In this document: positions 37,201 through 51,424 of the stretch, piece by piece | How positions within the stretch are numbered: the stretch's first letter is position 1 | Layout of the letters: every line of letters begins with the position of its first letter | DNA from: Octopus sinensis | Taxonomy: Eukaryota | Length of the DNA: 64,000 bases | Direction: 5' to 3' | Assembly: GCF_006345805.1 (NCBI RefSeq) | Contig: NW_021832970.1 | Coordinates: 1,270-65,269, forward strand | The notes under the pieces: model-generated | The model's input: the letters and a program-made list of their open reading frames with translations, nothing else | The model's database searches: none | Told to the model about the DNA's origin: nothing | Translations under genes and position numbers: made by a program

Positions 37201-38073
37201 CAGAGGGAAGAGAAGGAGTATACACTATATATACATTCATACATATATATATATATATATAATATTTATTATATATGAAATTGTATGTATGTATGTTTTG
37301 CATGTATATATATATATTTGCATGTATATGTATATGATGAGAAAGAAAGAAAGAAAGAAAGAAAGAAGAGTAAATGTAGCTAATGAAAGAATGAGCGAAT
37401 GACTGAATGGAATGAGAGCGGAAACAATAGAGTCGGGTGGCAGCAGAAGGTTGAATCAAAAACAAAACGCTTTAATGAACTGACTGCCGAATAAAAATGA
37501 ATGAACGAACGAACGAATAAAAGAAAGAAAGAAATGGATAGATAAATATTGCTGAAAGAAAAAGTTATAAAAACAAACGAAACAAAAAATGAGCCCAAAG
37601 CAAACAAAAATAAAAATAATAATAATAAACGAACGGGAGCGAGCGGGGTGGGGGGGAATCCCGAAGAAAAATATTATGGAAGAAGCAGACGATAACTAAA
37701 TACTTAGTCTGGTCGTAAAAATATAAATATAATTTAATGAAAAATTAATGGACTTACCGTGACAAGACACCAAAACAACCAACAGTAGTAGATCCAGCAG
37801 TGTGTTGTAAATGAAGCAATAGTTGTAGTATTTTTTGTTGTATTTATAGTATCGTAGTTATTGTCGTTCTTATTATCATTTTTATTATTAATCATTGTAC
37901 CCGTATTAGTAGAAGTAATAGTAGTAGTAGTTGTAGTAGTAGTAATAGCACTGGTATACATTTTTTCAGTTTTTTTCTTCAAAAATTAAATTTTTTTAAA
38001 AATAACTTTTCCTTGTTTATTGTTTACTGTCAACGTGTAGTTACTGTTGTTTGCAGCGCCTAACACCGGTAGT

Positions 38074-38119
<46 letters not shown>

Positions 38120-38732
38120 TGTGTTGTTGTTGTTGCTACTGCTGCTGCTACTGCTGGTGTTGTTGCTAAAGTTTGTTGATGCTGTTGTCTCTGAAGGGAT
38201 TAGAAAATACCACCGGTCACTGTAGTAGTAGTAGTAGTAGTAGTTGCAGTAGTAGTTGTAGTAGTTGCAGTAGTTCTTGCGGTTATCGTCGTCGTTGTGG
38301 TTGTTGTAGTTGTTGTTGTAGTTGTAGTTGTAGTTGTTGCAAGATGTTTGTGTCGTGCTTGAGTTGTAAAAAAGTTCTATCTTAGAAGATATCACCGGTC
38401 GTAAATAGTAGTAGTAGTAGTAATGGCGGTAGCGGTGTCGGTGGTAGTTGTCGTCGTTTAAGCGTGTGTTTCCATCATCGTAGCCGTCGTCTGGTTATCG
38501 TCGTCGGATATGACCATCAGAATTGCAATAACAACAATGATAATTGCGATAATACTGTTCTCGTTATTACAGTCGTCGTTGTTGGCTGCTGTTGGTTAAA
38601 TGTTGTCGTTTGTAAAAATTTCTGCTTCTGTCTTTTTCAACGAAAAGCAACACCGGTCGTCGTTGTAGTACTTAATAGTAATAGAAAAATATATAAACAG
38701 TAGTTTACAGTAGTAATAGCCGCAACAACAAC

Positions 38733-38764
<32 letters not shown>

Positions 38765-39654
38765 GCAAGAGTAATGATTATAGTAGTATTAGTATTAATA
38801 GTAGCTGTGACGGTTGTTGTTGTTGTTGTTGTGGTCGTCGTGGTCCGTAAAATCTTCCTTCTTTCCTTTCTCACTGACACAAACGGTCTGAAGACTGTTT
38901 CAAGCGCTGCTCAAGTTTATGTTGTCGTTAGAGGAGGATGGTAGGGTTGGGTTGGCGGGTGGGGAGTAGTAGAAGGAGGGTGAGGGTGAGGGAGAAGGAG
39001 AGGGAGAGGGCGAGAGAAATAGAGAGGTAGGGTGAGACAGAGTGAGGGAGAGAGATAGAGAGAGGGGTATGGGGAGAGAGAGAGAGAAAGAAATAGAGAA
39101 AGACTGATAGAGAGGGGTATAGGGCGAGAGGGAGAGAGAGACAGACAGACAGACAGGCAAACAAAAAAAGAGAGGGGGATAGAGACAGAGAGAGACAAAG
39201 AGAAAGAAAAAATGAGCGAAAGTGAAAAAGAAGCGAGAGAGAGGAACAGAAAGGAAGGGCGAGAGAAAATGAGGGAGAGAAGAAAGGCGGGTGGGAGAGG
39301 GGAGAGAAGAGGAGACAGAGAGAGAGAGAGAGAGAGGGAGAAAGAAAAAAGTGAATGAGAAGGAGAAAAGTAAAGAGGAAGAAGAAAAAAAACTGGCAGT
39401 GAATGGTTGGGGTGGTTACGGGGTAATGTGTGTAAGAGGGTGGGTAAAGATCCTCTGATATTTGGGTAGGTGGGGTGGCTTACTACTACTACTACTACTA
39501 CTACAAGCTTGGCTGGCGGTCTGACTGACTGACTGGCTGGCTGGCTGGTTGGCAAGCTGGTTGGTTGGTGAGTTATGGAATGAGGTGGAATGTCCGTTAA
39601 TAGCGGACAGATGTGGGGGCGGGGAGGTTGTGTAGCTGTGATGTGTATATGGAT

Positions 39655-39735
<81 letters not shown>

Positions 39736-39974
39736 GCATATATATATATATATATATATGCATGCATATATACGATATATATATATATATATATGTATAT
39801 ATAATGTATGTATGTATGTATGTGTATGGTGTGTATGTGTTGTGGTGTGTGTATGTATGTATGTATGTATGTTGTATGTGTGTGTGGTGTGATGTATGTT
39901 ATGTTGTGTGTGTGTGTATATGTATGTATGTATGTGTGTGTGTATGTATGTATGTAGTATGTATGTAGTATGTA

Positions 39975-40039
<65 letters not shown>

Positions 40040-40117
40040 ATGTATGTATGTATGTATGTGTGAGGGTTTGAACGGTAGCAGTGATGGAGATGATGGGTGT
40101 TGGTGGTAGTGGTGGTA

Positions 40118-40152
<35 letters not shown>

Positions 40153-40268
40153 AAAGTGGGGATGGTGATGGAGGAGGAGGCGGCGGTGGTAGTGGTGGTG
40201 GTGGTGGTGGTAACAACAAAAGTGATTGTGACAAAATACCGCTGTGGGAGTTTAAAAATTCTAGTGTC

Positions 40269-40336
<68 letters not shown>

Positions 40337-40440
40337 TATGTGTGCGTGTATGTGTGGATGTGGAAGAATGTATGAGTATATATATGTATTTTGTGTACAA
40401 TGTATGCAAAACCTATGAGTAGATAGATAGATAGATAGAA

Positions 40441-40509
<69 letters not shown>

Positions 40510-40921
40510 GGAGGGGAAAAACTGGGGTACAGAGAGAAAAATTCATGGGCGAGAGACAATTTGGGGAAATACGGGAAAAAAAATAAAACAAGAAAAAATG
40601 AAAGTGAGAAGAACCGAAAGAAAAGGAAGAATTGTGTTTAAAGGAGAATAGAGAGGGGGTAAATAGAGGAAGTAATAGAATGACAGATGGGAGGAGGGAG
40701 TGAGAAACGAGAGCGAATATCCTGAAGAGAAATATAAAGAAAAGGAAAGAAAGAGGATGAGAGAGAGAGAGAGAGAAAGAGAGAAAGAGGAGTATAATGA
40801 GGGAGAAAGAGGAGAGAAGAAATGAGAAAGAGAGAAAGACTGAGGGAGGCGGAGGACGAGAAAATGTAGGAGTGAAAGGAGGAGAGGGGGTATGTGTATG
40901 TTCGCGTGCGCACGTTTGTGC

Positions 40922-40960
<39 letters not shown>

Positions 40961-41499
40961 TGTGTGTGTGTACGACACCCGGTAGTCAAGGCGAAGCTAT
41001 TGAATGGAGAAATGTTCTAACGTCGTAAGAATAAACTTGTAGTAACACGGTCGTGTACAAGTGTGTAGAAGTGTGACTATGCATACATACATACAGGCAT
41101 ATACATACATACACGTATATATATATATATACATACATAAATTTGTAGGTGTGTGTTGTGTGTGTATGTAATATGCTATCTAGGTGTCTGTATACATAAA
41201 TACAAACACGCAAATATATGTTAGAGACACAGAAAGAGATGTCCGGAAATATATAAGAAAATAGGTTTGTATAAGACTTTATACTTACATATACGCGCGC
41301 TTTTCGCACACACTTCCAAACACACATATATACGTACATACGTACAATTATTTACACAAGCATATACATACATCACACACGCGCACTTGTGTGTATGAGC
41401 GTGTTTGTGTGTGTGTGTGTGTATACATATATATATGTGTATGTATAGGATAAGATATTGATCTTAATATATGTAGACAGACAGGCAGACAGACAGATA

Positions 41500-41503
41500 T
41501 ATG

Positions 41504-41580
<77 letters not shown>

Positions 41581-41685
41581 GTAGATAGATAGATAGATAG
41601 ATAGATAGATATGTTTCTTTATTAGCCACACAGGGCTGCACACAGATAGAACAAATTACAAGGTAGAGCTTTTCTTTTGAAGGTT

Positions 41686-41753
<68 letters not shown>

Positions 41754-41757
41754 CGGG

Positions 41758-41825
<68 letters not shown>

Positions 41826-41829
41826 CGGG

Positions 41830-41900
<71 letters not shown>
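41500..41900. repeat. (GATA)n array containing the 77-bp insert at 41611-41687
   Basis: Pure GATA units on both sides of the insert. Confidence 0.92.
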
Positions 41901-41904
<4 letters not shown>

Positions 41905-42461
41905 AATAGAATTTTATGAAAATATACAGATAAGCATATAGAGGGATAAATACACGCATGTGGTGTATACGCGTCACTGGTTGTATGTTGCTCGTATGTG
42001 ATTATGTTCTTGCATGGGTATATGCGTGTTTATGCGCATGTGCATGTGAGTATCTGTGTGCATGTGTGCATGTGTGTGTATGCGTGTGTGTCAGCCGACC
42101 GGGGTACGTACGTACGTCTAGCATGGAAAGGCGGGAAAAGCAGAAATAAGTGATGGAATGAGAGACGATAGTGATGACAGAACAAAATGGAAAACAGCGT
42201 GTGTGTGTGTGTGTGTGAGCGCGCGCGCGCGTGTGTATGTGTGTGTGTGTGTGTGTGTGTGCGTGTGTGTATGTGTACATGCACGTGTGCGCGTATGTGT
42301 GCGCACCTGTGTGTGTGTATGTGTTTTATGTCTGTGTGTGGCGTCCATAAGTCACCCACTCCGTCTCTCTGTATACCAAACACACTTGTATTTACATAAT
42401 ATCAGCACATGTATAAGGTTTACTCTTGTCGACATGTTGGCACTTTTATTATTCACCCCCC

Positions 42462-42506
<45 letters not shown>

Positions 42507-43194
42507 ATATCTCTCTCTCTTTTCGAAACTGGTGAGTGACAAGGCTGGCAGAAATGGTAGAGTTACGTCCCTTTACGTTTTGAGTTCAAATGTATTTCGT
42601 GAGTGGACTAGAACTGACTTTGTAGCCAAACATCAATCAGTTATTGACTGCAGCTGATATAATCGATGAAAATTCATAGATGACAATTAAGTAAAGAAAT
42701 ATATTTGCCGCACGAATCGTCGTGAAGTAAAAACAACTTTTCAGATATTTGTATCTCATCACAAAGGAAGAGTGTCGCAAACTGATATCACGATGGTAGG
42801 AAAACAGATAAACAACTGAGGTATCAAACTTAATATGGTTTCTTTTTGAAGAAGTACAAGTGACCGAAACGTTGTGTCATTACATTTCGAATGCAAACTA
42901 ACTCAATATAACTTATTTCCTACGAGAGAAAAATGCCTGAAAATAGTTGAAGGGTGAACCACATTTCTCTTGTTTTTTCTCATGTTCTCATGTTCTATAG
43001 TCCTCTATTTGAACTTGTATAGGCCATGTGCCCAGAGCCTGAAGTTTACTTGGAGACATTAGGAATGTTATTAAAACATATCTAGAAAACATCTCCATTC
43101 TAGTCGCTCATAACTATATGCCGTGTACGTTAAACAATATTTATCTCTCTCGGATGGGTTACTTTTTGTTGATCTGAACTTGACGGAAAAGTAA

Positions 43195-43234
<40 letters not shown>

Positions 43235-43699
43235 CACACATCCATTTCTGATTCAAACAATTAGTTTTTTCGACACAATTCATGTGACAATCTAAGGTAT
43301 CGCTCATCAGAGATTGCAAAACTTGCTGAAATAGATCTATTGACAAATATACGAGTGCCTGCCTGATTCTTTTTTCCTGATCTACGGATTTTTAGGCGAA
43401 CTTACATACATACATACATACATAGTACATACACACACACACATACATATACACACACACACATACATATACACACGCATACATGTATGCAAACACAAAT
43501 ACACATAAAAATATGATTTGTGATTAAAGGCTGTACACGCCATCTTCTTGTTTCACAAATGTTTATATGAATTCTTGTACACATGCATATGCAGTAAAAG
43601 GAGTATTTCTACTGTAATATGGCATTTGGTAGCCGATAATGGAAAAGGAGCTTTGAATTGTACGTTATGAGTTTATTATTCAGATGTGTGTGTGTGTGT

Positions 43700-43762
<63 letters not shown>

Positions 43763-43890
43763 CAGCCGAAATTACTACGATGATCCGGTTCTTGACTGAA
43801 GACTGAGGGGTTCGAATGTCATGTCCATGTTTATTGTATCGTCTTCTAAGAGTTATACGTTCTTGTCCATGTTGTATTTTTCTACATACC

Positions 43891-43939
<49 letters not shown>

Positions 43940-43940
43940 G

Positions 43941-43977
<37 letters not shown>

Positions 43978-44009
43978 CGATCAGATGTGTGTGTGTGTAT
44001 GTGTGTGTG

Positions 44010-44225
44010 GAGGGTGTCAGCATCATGATCGTAAGATTGTGGTTTCGATTCCTGGACCGGGCGACGCGTTGTGTTCTTGAGCAAAACACTTCATTTCATG
44101 TTGCTCTAGTCCACTCAGTTGGCAAAGTGAGTAACTTGTGATGGGGACTGGCATCCGTCCAGCTGGAGGGACAACACCGCCAATGAAACGAGGAACCCGA
44201 GCCCATGGGTCTGGCTAGGCTTTAA
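44010..44225 (+). mobile_element. SINE-B, diverged
   Basis: GGTTTCGATTCCTGG B-box, GTTGTGTTCTTGAGCAAAACACTTCATTTC core. Confidence 0.8.
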
Positions 44226-44259
44226 AAGTGCGCATTTATTTTATATATATATATATATA

Positions 44260-44289
<30 letters not shown>

Positions 44290-44294
<5 letters not shown>

Positions 44295-44420
44295 CAATAG
44301 GGATTCCAAGGTAGTGTGTAGTACAATCGTTTCATGCTACTTCATTTAATTAATCAATGTAAGTATACATCAGTTTTAAAATGTAGAGCATTCTTCAGCC
44401 ACATATAGAATTTTTTTAAT
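44290..44420 (+). mobile_element. Decayed single-arm relative of the 36518 MITE
   Basis: AAGCAATAGGGATTCCAAGGTAGTGTGTAGTACAATCGTTTCATGCTACTTCATTTAATT aligns to the left TIR; also directly follows (TA)n. Confidence 0.6.
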
Positions 44421-45189
44421 TAAATAGACAATGTTCATTTTTATACTTATTCCATTTGCCAACATTACAAAGAGGGTAGATATATAGACAGAGAGGTTGT
44501 TTGGAAGCAACCACGTCTGCGTTTATATGTATTTATATTATAAATATACTATGTGTATTTGCATACTTACCGATACATATACACATATACATATATAAGT
44601 CTTTGTGATTTAGCGGTTCGACTCAAGAGACCAATAGAATAAGCACCAGTCTTAAAATAAGACTAAACTCTTCAAGGCAGTGTCCCTACATTACTGCAGT
44701 CCAATAACTGAAGCAATTAACGCATACAAGCTAAGGATATACATACATACACACAGACACACAAACACCCATTCACACACACATATAACATTTTTACTCG
44801 TTTTTTTTCTTCTTTTATTTCTCTCACAGCTAGGCTTTCCAGTATACATATATGTATACGGGTGACAGCGCTAAGCAATGATGTATAGAAATACAAACTT
44901 GGTGACCAGTTCAAATATGCCTGAAGTATATTCGAAGCCATAGGGAAGTCGTACACTGCATTTTGTCATGGAAAAAATTTCTCGTTGTAGACAGATGGTT
45001 ATATACACATACAGCCAATTCATAACGTCCACTGATCAGACTGTTAGGTGCCTATATTTCGGAGTTGTTATTTTCTCTTCAGTAACAGAAACCGGAAAGA
45101 CAAACGTTGCGAACTGACGCGAGAGACAGGTCCCTCCTATGATATTCCCATCATCGTTCAATAACTGGTTGCACTATTCAACGGCTCGA

Positions 45190-48100
45190 TATGTATGTAT
45201 GTATGTATGTATGTATGTTATGTATGTATGTATGTATGTATGTATGTATGTATGTTATGTATGTATGTATGTATGTATATATGTTATGTATGTATGTATA
45301 TATGTCATGTATGTATATATGTTATGTATGCATGTATGTTATGTTATGTATGTATGTATGTGTATGTTATGTTTTGTTATGTATGTATGTTATGTATGTA
45401 TGTATGTTATGTATGTATGTATGTATGTATGTATATATGTCATGTATGTATATATGTTATGTATGCATGTATGTTATGTATGTATGAATGTATGTATGTA
45501 TGTATGTATGTTATGTATGTATGTGTGTATGTTATGTATGTATGTATGTTATGTATGTATGTATGTATGTTATGTATGTATGTGTGTATGTTATGTATGT
45601 ATGTATGTTATGTATGTATGTATGTATGTATGTTATGTATGTATGTATGTATGTATGTCTGTATGTATGTATGTATGTGTATGTATGTATGTGTATGTAT
45701 GCATGTATGTATGTATATATGTATGTATGTATGTAAGTATGTATGTATGTATGTATGTAAGTATGTATGTATGTGTATGTATGTAAGTATGTATGTATGT
45801 ATGTATGTAAGTATGTATGTATGTGTATGTATGTATGTATGTATGTATGTATGTATGTATGTATGTATGTATGTATGTGTATGTATGTATGTATGTATGT
45901 ATGTATGTATGTATGTATGTATGTATGTATGTATGTGTATGTATGTATGTATGTTATGTTATGTATGTATGAATGCGATTTTTATTCGAGTTTTATTTAA
46001 GTTCTTCTTGGGAGAATTCAAGCCAGTCGCTAAGAAAGCTCAAGACTTCTTAAGTAAAGGGAGTTCTCGAGGTTTGCAAATACGTGGTTGAGTTGGTATG
46101 TTGGTTGAACGGTCGATCTATTCACATTAGAATCTGGGATGAAGAATTTTTGGAATGTCTTACACATTTTCATTGTGCCACTAATAGATTGGATTTGGAG
46201 AGGAAATCGCGTCAGTTTTGTATGTATGCATGCATGTATGTAATTGTTCAGTTTTTTTTCAAGATTTCTTGCCAATAGAGAAAGAGACGATTTCCAAACT
46301 AGATTCAAAGCTCTTTCATTGGAATTTTAACATCAACAACAGGGTATGTAGGTATGTATGCGTGTATGCATGTATGTATGTATGTATGTATGTATGTATG
46401 TATGTATGTATGTATGTATGCATGTATGTATGTATGCGTGTATGCATGTATGTATGTATGTATGTATGTATGTATGTATGTATGTATGCATGTATGCATG
46501 TATGTATGTATGTATGTATGTATGTATGTATGTATGTAGTATGTATGTATGTGTGTGTGTATGTATGTATGTATGTATGTATGTTATGTATGTAGTATGT
46601 ATGTATGTATGTATGTATGGTATGTATGTAGGTATGTATGTGATGTATGTATGTATGTTTATGTATGTGTGTATGTATGTATGTATGTATGTGTATGTAT
46701 GTATGTATGTATGGATGTATGTTGTATGTATGTATGTAGTATGTATGATGTATGGATGTATGTATGTATGTATGTATGTATGTATGTATGTATGTATGTG
46801 TATGTATGTATGTTATGTATGTATGTATGTATGTATGTATGTATGTAGTTATGTGTGTATGTATGTTATGTATGTATGTATGTATGTATGTATGTATGTA
46901 TGTGGTATGTATGTATGTATGTATGTACCTATGCTATGAGTATGTATGTATGTATGTATGTTGTATGTATGTATGTATGTATGTATGTATGTTATGTATG
47001 TTATGTATGTATGTATGTATGTATGTATGTATGTATGTAGTGTATGTATGTATGTATGTAGTATGTATGTATGTATGTTATGTATGTATGTATGTATGTT
47101 GTTATGTATGTATGATGTATGTATGTATGTTATGTATGTATGTATGATGTGTGTAGGTATGGTATGTATGTATGTATGTATGTATGTATGTATGTATGAT
47201 GTATGTATGTATTTATGTATGTATTGTATGTATGTATGTATGGTGTATGTAGTATTATGTATGTATGTATGGTAAGTATGTATGTATGTATGTATGTATG
47301 TATGGTGTAGGTGTGTATGTATGTATGGTATGATGTATGTATGTATGTGGTATGTATGTATGTATGTATGTATGTTATGTATGTATGTATGTATGTATGT
47401 ATGTATGTTATGTATGTATGTATGTGTGTATGTATGTATGTATGTATGTATGTATGTATGTATGTTATGTATGTAGTATGTATGTATGTGTGTATGTATG
47501 TATGTATGTATGTATGTTATGTATGTATATATGTATGTATGTATGTATGTTAGTATGTATGTATGTATGTATGTGTTATGTATGTATGTATGTATGTATG
47601 TATGTATGTATGTATGTATGTGTGTTGTATGTATGTATGTATGTATGTATGTATGTTAATATGTATGTATGTATGATGTATGTTATGTATGTATGTATGT
47701 AGGTTGTATGTATTAGTATGTATGTATGTATGTATGTATGTATGTATGTATGTATGTATGTGTGTATGTATGTATGTATGTATGTATGTGTATGTATGAT
47801 GTATGTATGTATGTATGTTATGTATGTATGGTATTATGTAGGTATGTAGTATGTGTGTTGTATGTATGTATGTATGTATGTATGTTATGTATGTTAGTTT
47901 ATGTAGGTATGTAGTATGTGTGTATGTAGTATGTATGTATGTGTGGTATGTATGTTATGTATGTATGTATGTAGTATGTATGTATGTGATGTATGTATGT
48001 ATGTAAGTATGTATGTATGTATGTATTGTATGATTATGTATGTGTTATGTATGTATGTATGTTGTATGTATGTAGTTATGTATGTGTGTATGTAGTATGT

Positions 48101-48833
48101 ATGTATGTATGTGTTATGTATGTATGTTATTATGTATGTATGTATGTGTGTATGTATGGTGTATGTATGTGTGTATGTATGTATGTATGTATGTATGTAT
48201 GTATGTATGTATGTATGTATGTGTGTATGTATGTATGTGTGTATGTATGATGTATGTATGTATGTAGTATGTATGTATGTATGTATGTGTGTATGTATGT
48301 ATGTATGTGTGTATGTATGTATGTATGTATGTATGTATGTAGGTATGTTAGATGTATGTATGTATGTATGTATGTATGTATGTATGTATGTTATGTATGT
48401 ATGTATGTTGTGTTATGTATGTATGTATGTATGTATGTATGTTGTATGTATGTATGTGTGTATGTATGTATGTGTGTATTGTATGTATGTATGTATGTAT
48501 GTATGTGTGTATGTATGTATGTATGTCTGTATGTATGATGTATGGATCTGTGTGTATGATGTATGTATGTATGTAGTATGTATGTATGTATGTATGTATG
48601 TAGTATGTATGTATGTATGTAGATATGTAGTATGTATGTATGTATGTATGTATGTATGTATGTTGATGTGTGTGTATGTATGTATGATGTATGTATGTAT
48701 GTATGTATGTTTATGTATGTGTGTATGTGTATGTTATGTTTGTTATGTATGTATGTATGTATGTATGTATGTGTGGATGTATGTTATGTATGGTGTATGT
48801 ATGTATGTATGTATGTATGTAGGTATGTATGTG
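45190..48833. repeat. ~3.6-kb degenerate (ATGT)n array with two unique islands (45975-46218, 46240-46345)
   Basis: Direct reading; source of all MYVC ORFs. Confidence 0.95.
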
Positions 48834-48860
48834 CGCTGATTTGTATGCTTTGCTTTATGC

Positions 48861-49287
48861 TGTTACACTTCCAGATGGGAAGGGGTCTTCCTATGACGCT
48901 GACATGCAGTGTCTGCAACGACCCTGCCTCAGTTAAAGCTGGACTCAAGAGTCATCTTCGTTAGTCATAAAAGCGAGACAGATGAGTGACAACCTGGCCA
49001 CTGGTGGTGGTGTAACACACCATACTAATCATATCTGTCGGACATGTGGAAGAGAGTGTAATTCGGCAGGAGGACCTTAAACGACATGCAAAGGTACATG
49101 AAGTCCAGTTACAACTACAGGTGGTATGCCGGTAAAGGTTTTAGCTGCCAATTCTTACAAGACATTGTAGATCTTTGGCGGGCTAAAAGGTCACATTCGA
49201 TCACAGCACCAGTAACAGTTAAGCTTCGTGCAATGGCCATACTCGGAACGGGGAAGCAGCCATAATAATAATGTATGTATGTATGTA
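48861..49287 (+). mobile_element. RTE-like LINE 3' end with three C2H2-like fingers and a 27-bp TSD
   Basis: TCSVCND..AGLKSHLR, ICRTCGREC.SAGGLKRHAKVH, SCQF.TRHCRSLAGLKGHIRSQHQ*; CGCTGATTTGTATGYTTTGCTTTATGC at 48834-48860 and 49288-49314. Confidence 0.75.
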
Positions 49288-49382
49288 CGCTGATTTGTAT
49301 GTTTTGCTTTATGCATTCTCATGCATATAGTTGCATATCTAGGCATGCTATGTATGTATGTATGTATGTATGTATGTGTGAA

Positions 49383-49745
49383 GGCGCAATGGCCCAGTGG
49401 TTAGGGCAGCGGACTCGCGGTTTCGATTCCCAGACCGGGCGTTGTGAGTGTTTATTGAGCGAAAACACCTAAAAGCTTCACGAGACTCCGGGAGGGGATG
49501 GTGGTAATCCCTGCTGTACTCTTTCACCACAACTTTCTCTCACTCTTACTTCCTGTTTCTGTTGTACCCGTATTTCAAGGGGCCGGCCTTGTCACTCTCT
49601 GTGTCACGCTGAATATCCCCGAGAACTACGTTAAGGGTACACGTGTCTGTGGAGTGCTCAGCCACTTACACGTTAATTTCACGAGCAGGCTGTTCCGTTG
49701 ATTCGGATCAACCGGAACCCTCGTCGTCGTAACCGACGGAGTGCT
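49383..49745 (+). mobile_element. SINE-B-related tRNA SINE, young full length
   Basis: GGCGCAATGGCCCAGTGGTTAGGGCAGCGG head; tail GGAACCCTCGTCGTCGTAACCGACGGAGTGC. Confidence 0.85.
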
Positions 49746-50775
49746 TCCCATCCCATGTATGTATGTATGTATGTATTTATGTATGTATGTGTATGTATGT
49801 ATGTATGTATGTATGTATGTAGGCACACAAACACGAGAACAGAGTGTAACAGAACCAAGTTGCAGACAAAATGCCAATCTTGTGGTATGTTGCACAAGTG
49901 TGCTTATCTATAGTTATGATCACTGAAGCATTGAACGTGAAATTCCAAATACAGAAATTATATGAAAGCCCCCTTAGACGAATGTACCCGTAATTAAAAG
50001 GATTGGCCTTTTCACACACTCTGCTAGTTGTAGCGTAGCCGAGGATTAAATCATAGGTCTTAGGCCCAAATTACGTTATTATTTAATGTGTAACTCAACA
50101 AGAAAACCGCATCGCTGAATACAAAGTAGACAAGGGTTAATGTCAGGAAGGGCATCCATCTGTTAAACACCGCCTCCATATTGCATTCGTCTTACTCATG
50201 CAAGCGTAGAAAAATGGACGTAAAACGAACGAATGATTCGTTGTGTTCCAGTATGGTCGCAGTCAAATGACTGAGACAATTAAAACAAGTAAAAAAAAAA
50301 GCAGTCTCTCTGTATCACTGTTTATGTTTACCCGTGTACCCGTATGTATGTGTTTATATGTGTCATAAACACGTGTACGCGGCTGATTGTCTATTCACAT
50401 CAACGCTCGGGTATGTGTGATAGCGTGTATATTTTATGTGCATATGTGTATATCTGTATGTATGTGTATATATGTGATATACATGTGATGACAAGCGTAT
50501 ATCTACGAGGGCTTCTTATGCTTTCTTTACAAACAGCAGCCAAATCTCCCTCAAATCATCACACGCTAGTCTTGACACATAAAACGATATACCCTTATTT
50601 ATATATCGCTAAACAGATGAGACTGGCACGGCCGGAACGCCTTTAATTGTAGAGTCTGTTCGATCAGGGTTGAGCAACTTGCTAAATGACAACTCGGAAA
50701 GTACTCATACATATGTATATGTACACAAGTGTGTGTATGTGTGCGCGTGTGCTGTGTGTGTGTGTGTGAGTGTTG

Positions 50776-50806
<31 letters not shown>

Positions 50807-51389
50807 TGTGTATTTGTTTACATCTGTCGTCTGTTTCTCAATAGTTTTGCGCTTGCCCGTGAATTTGTCTGTGTATACACGTGTTCTCTGCTGCCATATA
50901 CATATATACATACATACACTCACATATATATATATATATATGTACGCTCCCACACATACATAGACACATGCACACACACACACAGACAAATAGATAAGGC
51001 TTCATATACGTCGTACAAACACGTATATATATACATAGATACACACATGTATATACAAACACATGTTTTATACGCATGTTTACGTGTGTGATTGTGTGCA
51101 TGTGTGTTTGTGAGTCCGTGCACATTCGTATGCATGTAATTGTATCTGTAAGCAGACCTTCGATCAGACGCGTTCCAGACGTGACCAACCTGTTTATTTG
51201 TCTATAAGGAACCTTACTGTCCAGGGCCATTTCTTTTTTTTTTTTTTTGAAGCAGTTGAGTATATCTGAGTAAATTTAGCTACTATTTCTAACATGTGGA
51301 ATGACTACATAGAGGACGCCTCTTTGGTATGCTTCATGTGTGTGTGTAGAGAGTTGGTTTATCTATGTGAGTGTCTTATAATGTGTGTA

Positions 51390-51424
<35 letters not shown>

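Noticed and set aside
43060-43190. Minus-strand acceptor plus short ORF (STKSNPSERDKY...)
   Set aside because: No recognisable homology and no partner exons.
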